From the NCBI GenBank assembly GCA_031255655.1, contig JAIRSB010000076.1, positions 1 through 32,964 on the forward strand: a stretch of DNA of 32,964 nt. Direction: 5' to 3'. Of this stretch, positions 16,101-24,480 are shown piece by piece. Numbering within the stretch: the stretch's first letter is position 1; every line of letters begins with the position of its first letter. The notes below the pieces were generated by a model, which ran no database searches, was not told the origin of the DNA, and saw nothing but the letters and a program-made list of their open reading frames with translations. The position numbers and the translations under genes were made by a program. Origin of the DNA: Spirochaetaceae bacterium (lineage in GTDB: Bacteria; Spirochaetota; Spirochaetia; Treponematales; Breznakiellaceae).

Positions 16101-16997
16101 TACATGACCTTCCGCATCGTCGGGCTTTCAGACGGAACCTTGCGTGTATACCGCGGCTATTCCGATGTCGGAGTGTCAGAGAGCATATCTCAGCTGCATA
16201 CTGAATACAAGGGTCTCAATTTTGGCGGATATATTGCTTTTACCACAAATTCCGAGCAATTGCCGGCAGGTTCGAAATACACCGTGCATATTAAAGACGC
16301 TATTATCGGTGGGAACGCTGTATTCCCGGACACCTACGAGATTCTCGATGTGAAAATGGATACGAGTGTTTTCCTCGGTGCAATTACCTCGGATATGCCG
16401 CTGGAAGTTCCTGTTCAGGTGACTGCAAAGCCGAATTTTACGGTATTTTGCGGATATACCTTGCGTGTTGTGAGTGGCGGCGCGGAGGTTACAGCAGACG
16501 GAAAACTTTTGATTAAAGAGGAGGGGGACATCAAGCTGCGTGCGACTTCGGAAAAAGACCCCAGCTCGTTCGCGGAGCATACGTTCAATGCGATTGACCT
16601 GAAGATAACGGAGATACAGGTGGACGAAAAGGTGTTTGAAAATATAAATTCCGATTCTCAACCAATTGATCTCTTAGCGGTGCTGGTCAGCAATTCCATC
16701 ACGACAGAACATCAGCGCGTCGAGTGGGAGGTTGTCAGCGGTAATGCAGAAATCGTCGGGAAACAACTTCGTATCACCGGTAAGGGACAGGTTGTATTGC
16801 GCGTTCGCTCTTACTACCGCCAAGGCTCTTATAAGGATATTTCTTTTACGGTAACGGATGCGGATGCGGGATTGAGCGTATATGGCAGTGAGAATGGCTG
16901 CACGGGCGTTGTGATAGGTTTGTCTGTAGGCGGGGACGTATTGCTCGTCGCGGGCGCGGCGCTCCTTGTGTTGAGAAAGAAAAAAAGGACGAAGTAA
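13155..16997 (+). CDS. large surface protein: signal peptide, four lectin/ConA-like modules interleaved with Ig-like (Big_2-type) domains, C-terminal TM anchor
   Basis: The GAGGGAAGG RBS favours the ATG at 13155 (the ORF track starts at 13137). The signal peptide reads MKKKLRGLIVALSLIMVMSAGMMGVLA. Paralogous modules lie at about 14727-15373 and 15666-16313. Each module ends in a GYIA(F/L)T motif. The C-terminus is VVIGLSVGGDVLLVAGAALLVLRKKKRTK, with no LPXTG. Confidence 0.85.
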   Translation: MKKKLRGLIVALSLIMVMSAGMMGVLASGQGVEFVTKKPEKQSQLDTGRLVFEKALGKAVSLVSKKTYSGGYTAEFSYYSHAGGYYDDAMDGDFFVTLGHDDPNTVPDIADDNASGLTLAIRAAVLAYNGNVVTSAPEAIDLRAPLDGYALNREVLFRFVVSGTTADVYFDFADTANALSTKRATITAPDAALFDGHIVLTANQNILEADLLSERRISYFSVKQEETEDLDYFVDLTNWNTLGDAAKLRLTGNQDFLMRHNTRKHIPSSNAYTKVGLANDTDAVLDIEFMFATSWPAQPFDAGILFNMPQKDSAATDEGVYYLEINRNSYVSLYRGDGTAKVLVSGAQSSVGVYLHNQTLKIGLTVTKNGEFSLKGQCVTYPQNPWEDAFSERFTASGIEAEGYIAFTANLASYADAANAYFAQFKDIELKGNMKPSLISIALNKDALLSAWEGDTINLSTELVSDPEGATFSYTVTEGAALVELTGNTLQCNAAGRVTLRVSADIDPRFYDEVSFSIHETVPIMDYSLTENFSELKGHWDLNDDEGNLGVSGNKLVFTNDYNDDPNGAARLILNAAFAVDSASDTVFDVTFTGAFGTDIRDLREKLSYGLLFGMKDKDAKANDAGVGFVRIFSHKTEVYNGADKVVPAYKGSRTSENSDVYWDTIPITIRAVAKKDGTLELYRGYSHPGGTPVYEQITELFAVYSGFDFSGYIALTSYCEKPDPATNYTATVSNFNISGKVNLTSLEVVRITLAEAQLRSMSVGMTASLDASVLVNLPGQTIAPVFSITSGDTHAEIVDGNKFKALSQGSVVLRAAAEGHPDKFTEFTVEIQNYNTVQYDKVENFASLNRGDWTLNDGDGNFLLDSGLFITSDFNSDPHGAGSLVSNHMFFPDADSETVFDIQFSTTHTDLEGRLHRNANFNWGILFGMSSQNSKIGDAGTGFFKVNHLTSTAFYENKQLVPEYKSDHQSESYQVYAQAPCYMTFRIVGLSDGTLRVYRGYSDVGVSESISQLHTEYKGLNFGGYIAFTTNSEQLPAGSKYTVHIKDAIIGGNAVFPDTYEILDVKMDTSVFLGAITSDMPLEVPVQVTAKPNFTVFCGYTLRVVSGGAEVTADGKLLIKEEGDIKLRATSEKDPSSFAEHTFNAIDLKITEIQVDEKVFENINSDSQPIDLLAVLVSNSITTEHQRVEWEVVSGNAEIVGKQLRITGKGQVVLRVRSYYRQGSYKDISFTVTDADAGLSVYGSENGCTGVVIGLSVGGDVLLVAGAALLVLRKKKRTK

Positions 16998-17004
16998 GTA
17001 GCGT

Positions 17005-18633
17005 ATGATTTTTCCGAGAGTAAAAAAAGAAACGGTGCAGCACGGCGTGTTTTCACTGACCGGTACGCTTAGCTTTTATGCCGACGATCACGACGCTTCT
17101 GTTTCAGCGTTCAATTTGCTGACGGAATTCTGTCGTGATCTTGAGATCCGCGTAAAGCGCGCGGATGAAAAAACCGCTGTGCTGCATTTTCAAAAAATCA
17201 AGGATAAGCGATACGGGTTTTATCGCGTACACACAAAGACGGACGGCATATTTGTACAATATACATCTGCGGGATCCGCGCGGGACGCGGCAGCAACGCT
17301 GGTTGCTTCAGGGATATATGATGACGCAAAAAAAGAGCTGAGCTTTACGTGTGGGAAGATCGAGGATTGGCCGGATGCAAAATACCGGGGTGTCATGCTG
17401 GATCCCGCGCGTCTGCACATAGACCTTGATCTTTTGCGTGCGCGCATCAGGCTTATGGCACGTGCAAAGCTCAATGTTTTACATTTGCATCTTTTGGATA
17501 ATGAGCGATATGCCATTCGTTCGGAAGCGGTGCCTTCACTCAATGAAAACCCGATATTCAAGCAGTACGGCATACAGGAGATGCGGGAGCTGGTGGCATA
17601 CGCCAAAGGGCTGGGAGTGACCATACTTCCCGAAATCGACTATCCCGGTCACGCACTCTTTACTCTGGAAAAAATGCCCGAGCTGAAGTGTGAGAGCGAT
17701 GGTGAGCGGATCGGCATTTGGACGCTGTGCCTTGCAAATGAAGGAACGTATGACCTTTTGGAGCGGCTGATCGCGGAAATCTCCGACATTTTCCCGTCCG
17801 AATACGTGCATATCGGCGGTGATGAGTTCAGCTTTTCGGATATATTGGATCAATATCCCGGCTATGAATACGCGTGGGACAAATGCGATCACTGTAAAAA
17901 GGAGATGGCGGAAAAAGAATGCATCGATGTGTATGACTATTTTTGCCATTACCTAAAAAGAGTGCATGCAATCGCCGCGAAGTACAACAAGAAAATTATG
18001 CTTTGGAGTGATTCGATCGACATCTCCCGCACCAACGATCTGCCGCGCGACATCTTGATACAGTTTTGGCGGATTGCACTGCCTGGCCGGGGGCCGTACG
18101 AGGGCTGCTCGATGCAGCGGTTTTTGGACGAAGGCTTCACCGTGGTCAACAATTTTTTCGAGGAAAGCTATCTTGATGACTATGTCACGGAGGAGCGCTT
18201 AAAAAATTGGGATATTTCAAAAAGCCCTTCAGCGAAAAACAATCTCGAGCATCTTGTGGGCGGCAGTTTCTGTGCGTGGGGCTTTCGTGATCATTTCGAG
18301 TATACGCTGCCCGCGGCGCTATTCTTGTTCGGCGATCGTTTTTGGAACAGGGCACCGCTGGAAATCAACAGGGAAGCTACCGCCGCAATGTCGCGCCAAT
18401 TGATCTGGACGGAAAAGGGTGTTCTGGACATATTTGGGCTTTTGGGCGGTTGCTTGATGCCGGTGCGCGGCGATGATCGTTACCTCAGTCCGTCTGACGA
18501 TGTCGAGGCGGTAAAAAAAGCAATCACCTATTTGGAAAGAGTGTACATGATCGGACGTTGTGATCAGCGGAATGTCAAGGCTTATATTCATTGTTTGAAA
18601 GATCTTTTGAAGACGGGTATAAAAGGAAGGTAA
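17005..18633 (+). CDS. GH20 beta-N-acetylhexosaminidase (cytoplasmic)
   Basis: KYRGVMLDPARLH, LNVLHLHLLDNE, ILPEIDYPGHA and HIGGDEF are the canonical GH20 catalytic-domain motifs, including the D-E pair. No signal peptide. Confidence 0.9.
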   Translation: MIFPRVKKETVQHGVFSLTGTLSFYADDHDASVSAFNLLTEFCRDLEIRVKRADEKTAVLHFQKIKDKRYGFYRVHTKTDGIFVQYTSAGSARDAAATLVASGIYDDAKKELSFTCGKIEDWPDAKYRGVMLDPARLHIDLDLLRARIRLMARAKLNVLHLHLLDNERYAIRSEAVPSLNENPIFKQYGIQEMRELVAYAKGLGVTILPEIDYPGHALFTLEKMPELKCESDGERIGIWTLCLANEGTYDLLERLIAEISDIFPSEYVHIGGDEFSFSDILDQYPGYEYAWDKCDHCKKEMAEKECIDVYDYFCHYLKRVHAIAAKYNKKIMLWSDSIDISRTNDLPRDILIQFWRIALPGRGPYEGCSMQRFLDEGFTVVNNFFEESYLDDYVTEERLKNWDISKSPSAKNNLEHLVGGSFCAWGFRDHFEYTLPAALFLFGDRFWNRAPLEINREATAAMSRQLIWTEKGVLDIFGLLGGCLMPVRGDDRYLSPSDDVEAVKKAITYLERVYMIGRCDQRNVKAYIHCLKDLLKTGIKGR

Positions 18634-18637
18634 AAAA

Positions 18638-19690
18638 ATGAGTGGCGAAAAGAATCAACTGAAGTATATCGACGCGTTTACCCCGCCTTTTTCCCTAGGC
18701 GGCTTATTTTATGATGAGGACGAAAACGCATACCTGCGCATACCCACAGCCGTGGCAAACAAGATCAGTCCGAATGTGGCGCGGTTTTCCCGGTTGACCT
18801 CTGGGGGAAGGGTGCGTTTCAAGACCGACGCGCAACAAATATCTATCCGGGCGCGGTGCGAAAAGCCCGTGCTTAGGGCGCATATCTCTATACTCGGCAC
18901 GTGTGGGTTTTCGCTTTACCTAAACGATGAATTTGTCCGCTCCTTTTTGCCCGGACTTGAAAGCGTCACAGAGCAGGGCTTTTTCTATGAAGGTGCGTGC
19001 GATTTGCCACCGGGAATGAAAGACCTGACACTGTTTTTTCCGGTTTATTCAGAGGTGCGCGCTTTGGAAATCGGCTTGAATTCCAATTGCACAGTATTTG
19101 CTCCGGAAGAATACAAGACCGAAGGAACGGTTGTTTTTTACGGTTCATCCATAACGCACGGCGGCTGCGTTTCAAGACCGGGCAATACATATCCCGACAG
19201 GCTGTGTCGCCAGCTTTCCTGCAATTACATCAATTTGGGTGTGGACGCGAGTGCGAAAGGCGAAACCAACATGGCGGAATATATCGCAGGGTTGAAGCCG
19301 TCGCTGTTTGTCATGGACTACGATCACAACGCGCCCTCGCCGGAGCATTTGGCGAAAACACACGAGCCGTTTTATAGGCATTTCCGTTTGCTATGTCCAG
19401 ATACGCCGGTTATTTTTATAAGCAAGCCGGATTATCGAGCGGATCGTCCGGAGGATGAGGAGCGTCGCGGAATCATTCTTTCGACGTATCATCACGCGCA
19501 GGAAAACAATGAGCCGGTGTATTTTGCGGATGGCAGAGATCTTTTCGCAACGTGTGACCGACTCGGATGTACGGTAGACGGTATACATCCCAATGATCTG
19601 GGTTTTTATAGGATTTCTGAATATCTTTATCGGCTCATCACGGAGAATAATTTGCTTTTGCAGGGGAGTCCCCGCTATGAAGTTGATTGA
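18638..19690 (+). CDS. SGNH/GDSL-type hydrolase with N-terminal beta domain (putative carbohydrate O-acetylesterase)
   Basis: AAGGAAGG RBS. Block I is VVFYGSSITHG, block III is MDYDHNA, and block V is DGIHPNDLG. The N-terminal domain of about 160 aa precedes the esterase fold. Confidence 0.8.
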   Translation: MSGEKNQLKYIDAFTPPFSLGGLFYDEDENAYLRIPTAVANKISPNVARFSRLTSGGRVRFKTDAQQISIRARCEKPVLRAHISILGTCGFSLYLNDEFVRSFLPGLESVTEQGFFYEGACDLPPGMKDLTLFFPVYSEVRALEIGLNSNCTVFAPEEYKTEGTVVFYGSSITHGGCVSRPGNTYPDRLCRQLSCNYINLGVDASAKGETNMAEYIAGLKPSLFVMDYDHNAPSPEHLAKTHEPFYRHFRLLCPDTPVIFISKPDYRADRPEDEERRGIILSTYHHAQENNEPVYFADGRDLFATCDRLGCTVDGIHPNDLGFYRISEYLYRLITENNLLLQGSPRYEVD

Positions 19691-20465
19691 TTGCAGTGCG
19701 TGTATCGGCTTTGGCGGCATCAACCGCGAAATTGTCAATCACGAAAACTATTTTGTCTACGAGAAGGTAAATGAGCCCGCAGATGCCGCCTCACTATTAT
19801 CCGAAATGGACTTTTGCGGCATCGATGGGGCGGCGGTGTATCATCAAGCGATGGTAGACGCGTCACCTTCTTATGGCAACAAACGCCTGCTTGACGAATT
19901 GCAAACAGACAAGGACAAACGGTTGTATTCCGTACTCACGTGGCTGCCGTCCATTTCCGACGACGGCTTTTCGGTGCCGCATTTGCGTAAAGCGGTTAAA
20001 GAAAACAGTCTGTTCGGTATCCGTTTAATGCCGCAGGCCAACCGGTATATGTTGGACCGCATCACATGCGGGGATTTGCTGGATTATGCGGGTGCAGCCA
20101 AGCTGCCCGTTTACCTATCCCCGGCATACGGTTGGGAATATATTTTTTCCGTTATGAAGGAATGTCCGAGTCTTACGGTTATCCTGACAAACTACGGACT
20201 ATGGGGCAGTGACCGTTATTTTTATCCGCTCGTCAACGCGTACAAAAACGTGTACATCGATACGAGCGATTATCAGGAAATGCGCGGGATTGAGTTGTTT
20301 GTGAGAAAGTTCGGAAGCGAGAGAATGTTGTTCGGTACGAATTACCCCAAGGATAACATGGGCGGCCCGTTGTCCACATTGATGCAGGCAAAAATCCCGC
20401 AATCGGACAGAGAAAATATCGCACACAAAAACTTTGAGCGCCTGTATGCGGAGGTGAAGCGATGA
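19677..20465 (+). CDS. amidohydrolase-2 (PF04909-like) paralogue with degenerate metal ligands
   Basis: Starting at 19677 gives MKLIDCSACIG. The fold-family tail is MLFGTNYPKD. The HxH position reads CSAC and the terminal Asp position reads Asn. It overlaps the upstream gene by 14 nt. Confidence 0.7.
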   Translation: MKLIDCSACIGFGGINREIVNHENYFVYEKVNEPADAASLLSEMDFCGIDGAAVYHQAMVDASPSYGNKRLLDELQTDKDKRLYSVLTWLPSISDDGFSVPHLRKAVKENSLFGIRLMPQANRYMLDRITCGDLLDYAGAAKLPVYLSPAYGWEYIFSVMKECPSLTVILTNYGLWGSDRYFYPLVNAYKNVYIDTSDYQEMRGIELFVRKFGSERMLFGTNYPKDNMGGPLSTLMQAKIPQSDRENIAHKNFERLYAEVKR

Positions 20466-21292
20466 ACATGAAAAATCCTTCCGCACTTGCCGCCGAATAT
20501 GTCAAAGCGGGCAAGCTGGAGCGTGTGAAGATCATCGACACGCACACGCATATGGACGGGGTGGCGGGCGTGAGCATGCCCACGGGCGGCGGTATCGAGG
20601 CGTGTATCAAGCTGATGGACGAGCAGAACATCGAAAGCATCTGGTGCAGCTCGCACAGCGACTTGTTCGCGCCGTCGGTAAACGTCAATGTCGAAACGGA
20701 AAGGCTGATGCACGCCTACCCCGACCGGGTAAAAGGGTATTACTGTTTTAATCCAAACCATAAGGACGTATACCTCGAACACATCGGCAAGGTACTGACC
20801 GATTCAGGGTATGTCGGACTGAAATTTCTGCCCAACTACCACAATCACGATTTAGACGGGTACGGTTATGACGAAGCGCTTGCCTTTGCAAACAAACACG
20901 AGCTGATCGTGCTGTCCCATACCTGGGGAGACAAGCCGCAGAACTCTTGCAAAGAGGTGGAAGAGGTATTGCTGCGCCGGCACGACCTGACATTTATCAT
21001 CGGGCATTCCGCACCGGGCGACCTCGATACGGCGATACGGCTTGTTTACCAGCACGACAACGCATACCTTGACCTATGCGATATCCACCGGCACAGCGGC
21101 ATCGTGGAAAAGATGGTGAACAAGTTGGGCTCGGAGCATATCCTATTTGGTACGGATATGCCCTGGTACGACCCGGCATACTGCATCGGCAGCGTATTGT
21201 TTGCCAAAATCACGGACCGGGATCGGGAAAATATCTTTTACAAGAACGCCGAACGGCTATTGCAAAACACGAAGAAGGACAAGAAACAATGA
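20462..21292 (+). CDS. amidohydrolase-2 (PF04909) family metal-dependent hydrolase, possible sugar lactonase
   Basis: IIDTHTHMDG (HxH), LSHTWG, IIGHSAP and ILFGTDMPWYDP are all intact ligand positions. It has ATGA overlaps at both ends. Confidence 0.8.
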   Translation: MNMKNPSALAAEYVKAGKLERVKIIDTHTHMDGVAGVSMPTGGGIEACIKLMDEQNIESIWCSSHSDLFAPSVNVNVETERLMHAYPDRVKGYYCFNPNHKDVYLEHIGKVLTDSGYVGLKFLPNYHNHDLDGYGYDEALAFANKHELIVLSHTWGDKPQNSCKEVEEVLLRRHDLTFIIGHSAPGDLDTAIRLVYQHDNAYLDLCDIHRHSGIVEKMVNKLGSEHILFGTDMPWYDPAYCIGSVLFAKITDRDRENIFYKNAERLLQNTKKDKKQ

Positions 21293-22761
21293 AGCAGAAC
21301 AACATCGTAAAATCATTCGAAGAGGGCGCCGAGGTCTCGGGAGACATCCTGACCGGCGGCAAGGAAAAACGGGACATCAAGATCGGGCTCTTAACTGTCG
21401 GGTACTTTGAGTACTGGCGGATGTATCCCGACTTAAAGGACCTTGTCGCAAAAGACCTCGCAACGGTAGAGGCGCGTTTGAAAACATTGCCCGGAAAGGT
21501 CATAAGATCGGGCATGGTTGACACGCTTGACAGCGCGGACGCGGCGGGCAGGCTTTTTCGCGAACAGAACGTGGACGTCGTTTTGCTTGTGGGCGGGACG
21601 TATACCCCGGATTTCATCAGTTTGACCGCGTTGGATTACGTTCGCCACGTACCGCTTATCATTTTTTCCATTCAGGCACATGAAAATATTGATCGTGCAG
21701 GGGATTATAAAAGTTCTCTTAGAAACAGTGGGATCATCGGTATCGCGCAGCTGACCGGGACGCTGCGTAAGCTGAAACGAGATTTTGAGATTGTCGTCGG
21801 ATCGGTGGAGGATGCCCGCGCCTATGACAAGCTCATCGGGTTGGTTCGTGCAATCGACGCAGTCCGAGACCTTTCAGAGAGCAATATTGGTGTAATCGGT
21901 CATGTTTTTCGAGGCATGTATGATATAGAATTATCCAAAACCTTCTTAAAAGGAACGTTTGGCGTAAATCTGATCATGATTCAAAGTGCGCACCTTCTCG
22001 AGGTCTGGAATGAGGTTTCAGACGCGGACGTCAAAAAGGAGCAGGAACAGCTGCTCAAACGCTTTGTAATCAAAAATGTAGGAAAAGACGACGTGTTCCA
22101 CGCGGTAAAACTGGCGATCGCAATGCGCGGGCTGGCGGAAAGGTTTCATTTGGATGCAATGTGTTTTTTAGATCAGCACTACATTCAAAAGCAGGTGAAA
22201 ACCTCCGCAAGAATGGGTGCATCGCTTTTGATGGAAAACAGCGACATATGCGTAAATTGTGAGGGCGATATCGGGGGCTTGGTCATGATGATGCTGATGA
22301 AACGCATCTCAAAGCGCTCGCCGCTTATGGCGGAATGGGGAGAATACGACGCCGACGAAAACGTGTGCTTTATGATCGGTCATGGCATAGGCACGCCCGA
22401 CCTTGCCGCATCCGATGCCGATGTCACGCTGGCGCGAACGCCCGAAGAATGGGGCTTTGACGGCGCAGGGCTCAATTACGAGTTGATTATGAAGCCCGGG
22501 CCGGTGACCGTCGGACATATTATGGAGGCGCCGTCCGGCTATCGAATGCTGGTCTCTGCGGGCGAGAGCGTGACGTTTCCCAAGCTTAATTTCGACGAAC
22601 TGCAGGCGGCGGTGCGTTTTGACATGAATGTAAAGACGTATCTCGAGAAGATTTTCGATTACGGCGTGTCGCATCACTGCATCGTCTGCCCCAACGATAT
22701 TTCCCGAGAGCTGGTATCGGCGGCAAAGCTGCTTGGGATCGAATGCTTTGCAATCAGCTAA
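21289..22761 (+). CDS. L-arabinose/L-fucose isomerase superfamily aldose-ketose isomerase
   Basis: The start at 21289 (MKQNNIV) overlaps the upstream stop as ATGA. By manual alignment, CEGDIGG, LMAEWGEYD, IGHGIG and VSHHCIV line up with the two Glu and two His residues of AraA-type isomerases. Confidence 0.7.
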   Translation: MKQNNIVKSFEEGAEVSGDILTGGKEKRDIKIGLLTVGYFEYWRMYPDLKDLVAKDLATVEARLKTLPGKVIRSGMVDTLDSADAAGRLFREQNVDVVLLVGGTYTPDFISLTALDYVRHVPLIIFSIQAHENIDRAGDYKSSLRNSGIIGIAQLTGTLRKLKRDFEIVVGSVEDARAYDKLIGLVRAIDAVRDLSESNIGVIGHVFRGMYDIELSKTFLKGTFGVNLIMIQSAHLLEVWNEVSDADVKKEQEQLLKRFVIKNVGKDDVFHAVKLAIAMRGLAERFHLDAMCFLDQHYIQKQVKTSARMGASLLMENSDICVNCEGDIGGLVMMMLMKRISKRSPLMAEWGEYDADENVCFMIGHGIGTPDLAASDADVTLARTPEEWGFDGAGLNYELIMKPGPVTVGHIMEAPSGYRMLVSAGESVTFPKLNFDELQAAVRFDMNVKTYLEKIFDYGVSHHCIVCPNDISRELVSAAKLLGIECFAIS

Positions 22762-22792
22762 AGAAATCTTGTAAAAAAGGCGGTTTAATCGT

Positions 22793-23656
22793 ATGGCGAC
22801 AAAGAAAATTGGGATAATCGGCGCGGAAAACTCGCACGCGGACATGTTTGCGTCTTTTTTCAATGCGACGAAAAAAGACCCTTCGTTTTCCGACTGCCGC
22901 ATAACGGCGGTATCCGGGAGTGGGGCACAAGAGAAGGTGTTTTTTGAAAAATACGACTTGGAGGTGATGACGGATCAGCCGATAGACTTGCTGGGAAAAG
23001 TCGATGCGGTCATGATCACTGCGCGTGACGGAAAATGCCACGCAGCACTTGCCGAGCCCTTTGTGCAGGCAGGCATACCCCTGTTCATAGACAAGCCGAT
23101 CACAACCGACTTTGTAAGTGCGCAAAAGCTTTGTGAAACGGCAAAGAAGCATAAAATCCCGCTCTGTGGCGGTTCGGCCTTAAAATATGACGACAATGTA
23201 GTCAAGCTGCGCAATTTCGTGCAGGAAAGCGGCGATAAGCTCCGCGGCGGACATGTGGTTGCACCGCTTGTCATCGAAAGCCAATACAGCGGCTTTTGGT
23301 TTTATGCGTCACATTTAACAGAAATCATGCTGGGCGTGTTCGGGCATGCTGTGAAATCCGTTCAGGCGATTCGGCTGCGCGACGATGTCATGACCGTTTT
23401 TGATTATGGGACGTTTAGTGTCTGCGGACAATACACCGGAAACACAATGTGTTATCAGGCGAGCGTTTTTGCAGAGCAAGGGCTTATGAATGGGACGGTG
23501 GACTATCAGATGTGCAGTTTTAGAGAATGCAAGGCGTTTGCTCACATGCTAAAAACCGGGGAAATGCCGGAGCGCTATGAGGAACTCATGTACCCGGTCA
23601 TGGTCATGGAAGCGGTAGTGACGGCCTATCAGGAAAATAGGAAAGTATGCTTTTAA
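22793..23656 (+). CDS. Gfo/Idh/MocA-like oxidoreductase, short, DKP-type
   Basis: The N-terminal Rossmann start reads KKIGIIGAENSHADMF. It has FIDKP where the family normally has EKP. It is 287 aa. Confidence 0.7.
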   Translation: MATKKIGIIGAENSHADMFASFFNATKKDPSFSDCRITAVSGSGAQEKVFFEKYDLEVMTDQPIDLLGKVDAVMITARDGKCHAALAEPFVQAGIPLFIDKPITTDFVSAQKLCETAKKHKIPLCGGSALKYDDNVVKLRNFVQESGDKLRGGHVVAPLVIESQYSGFWFYASHLTEIMLGVFGHAVKSVQAIRLRDDVMTVFDYGTFSVCGQYTGNTMCYQASVFAEQGLMNGTVDYQMCSFRECKAFAHMLKTGEMPERYEELMYPVMVMEAVVTAYQENRKVCF

Positions 23657-23670
23657 AGAAAGTGAGAGAT

Positions 23671-24480
23671 ATGATGAAAGCAAAAACAATGCGCATAGAT
23701 ACCCTATGGGTGGAAGCTTATCAAAACAGAAGTGCTGCCGGTCGTGCTGCGGCGGATGCATGTGAGGGTTTCATCAAAACCCTTTTCAATAAAAAAGAAT
23801 CCATAAATATTATTTTTGCCGCTGCGCCCTCGCAAAACGAATTTTTGCTGGCACTTTCGGAAAAGGATATTGACTTTTCGCGCATTAACGCCTATCATAT
23901 GGATGAATACATTGGGCTTGCCGCAGGGGATCCCAGGTTGTTTGCGCACTACTTGAACGAACACATTTTTCAAAAAAGGAAATTTCGTTCGGTGAACATG
24001 ATTGATACGACTGTGGGAGGCGCGGCTGCTTGCCGCGCATATGACGAACTGCTCAAGCAAAACCCGCCGGACATTGTGTGCATGGGGATCGGCGAGAACG
24101 GGCATATCGCGTTCAACGATCCGCCGTACGCGAGGTTTGATGATCCTGAGTTTGTTCGGATCGTAAAGCTTGATGAGGCCAGTCGGATTCAGCAGGTGAA
24201 TGATAAGTGCTTTGCACGGCTCGATGAGGTGCCTCGCGAAGCGGTTACACTGACGATTCCGCGGCTTATGTCGGCACGGTTCATCGTATGCACCGTCCCG
24301 GGCGCGCTCAAGGCAGATGCTGTACGCTGTACACTCTACAATGAAATAGGCGAAAGCTGTCCGGCAAGCATACTGCGCTGCCATCAGGATGCAACGCTTT
24401 TTTTGGATGCGGACAGCGCCAAATGGGTCGTGTGGCACGATAAAGGTACCGGTATCCTTTCGGCAGAAGGAGGACGATGA
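23671..24480 (+). CDS. glucosamine-6-phosphate deaminase/isomerase family protein (NagB-like)
   Basis: AYHMDEYIG and MGIGENGHIAFNDPP are the NagB/6-phosphogluconolactonase superfamily motifs. The start is uncertain (23647, 23671 or 23689). Confidence 0.8.
   Translation: MMKAKTMRIDTLWVEAYQNRSAAGRAAADACEGFIKTLFNKKESINIIFAAAPSQNEFLLALSEKDIDFSRINAYHMDEYIGLAAGDPRLFAHYLNEHIFQKRKFRSVNMIDTTVGGAAACRAYDELLKQNPPDIVCMGIGENGHIAFNDPPYARFDDPEFVRIVKLDEASRIQQVNDKCFARLDEVPREAVTLTIPRLMSARFIVCTVPGALKADAVRCTLYNEIGESCPASILRCHQDATLFLDADSAKWVVWHDKGTGILSAEGGR

Noticed and set aside
23704-24438. Long antisense ORFs. These are 244 aa here, plus 28911-29684 (257 aa), 22309-22902, 5546-6073, 25320-25844, 26225-26716, 16176-16661 and others.
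   Set aside because: Each lies opposite a gene with clear family motifs. Their products are Arg/Cys/Pro/His-rich, low in complexity and without motifs. Such shadow ORFs are expected opposite coding sequence of this composition.
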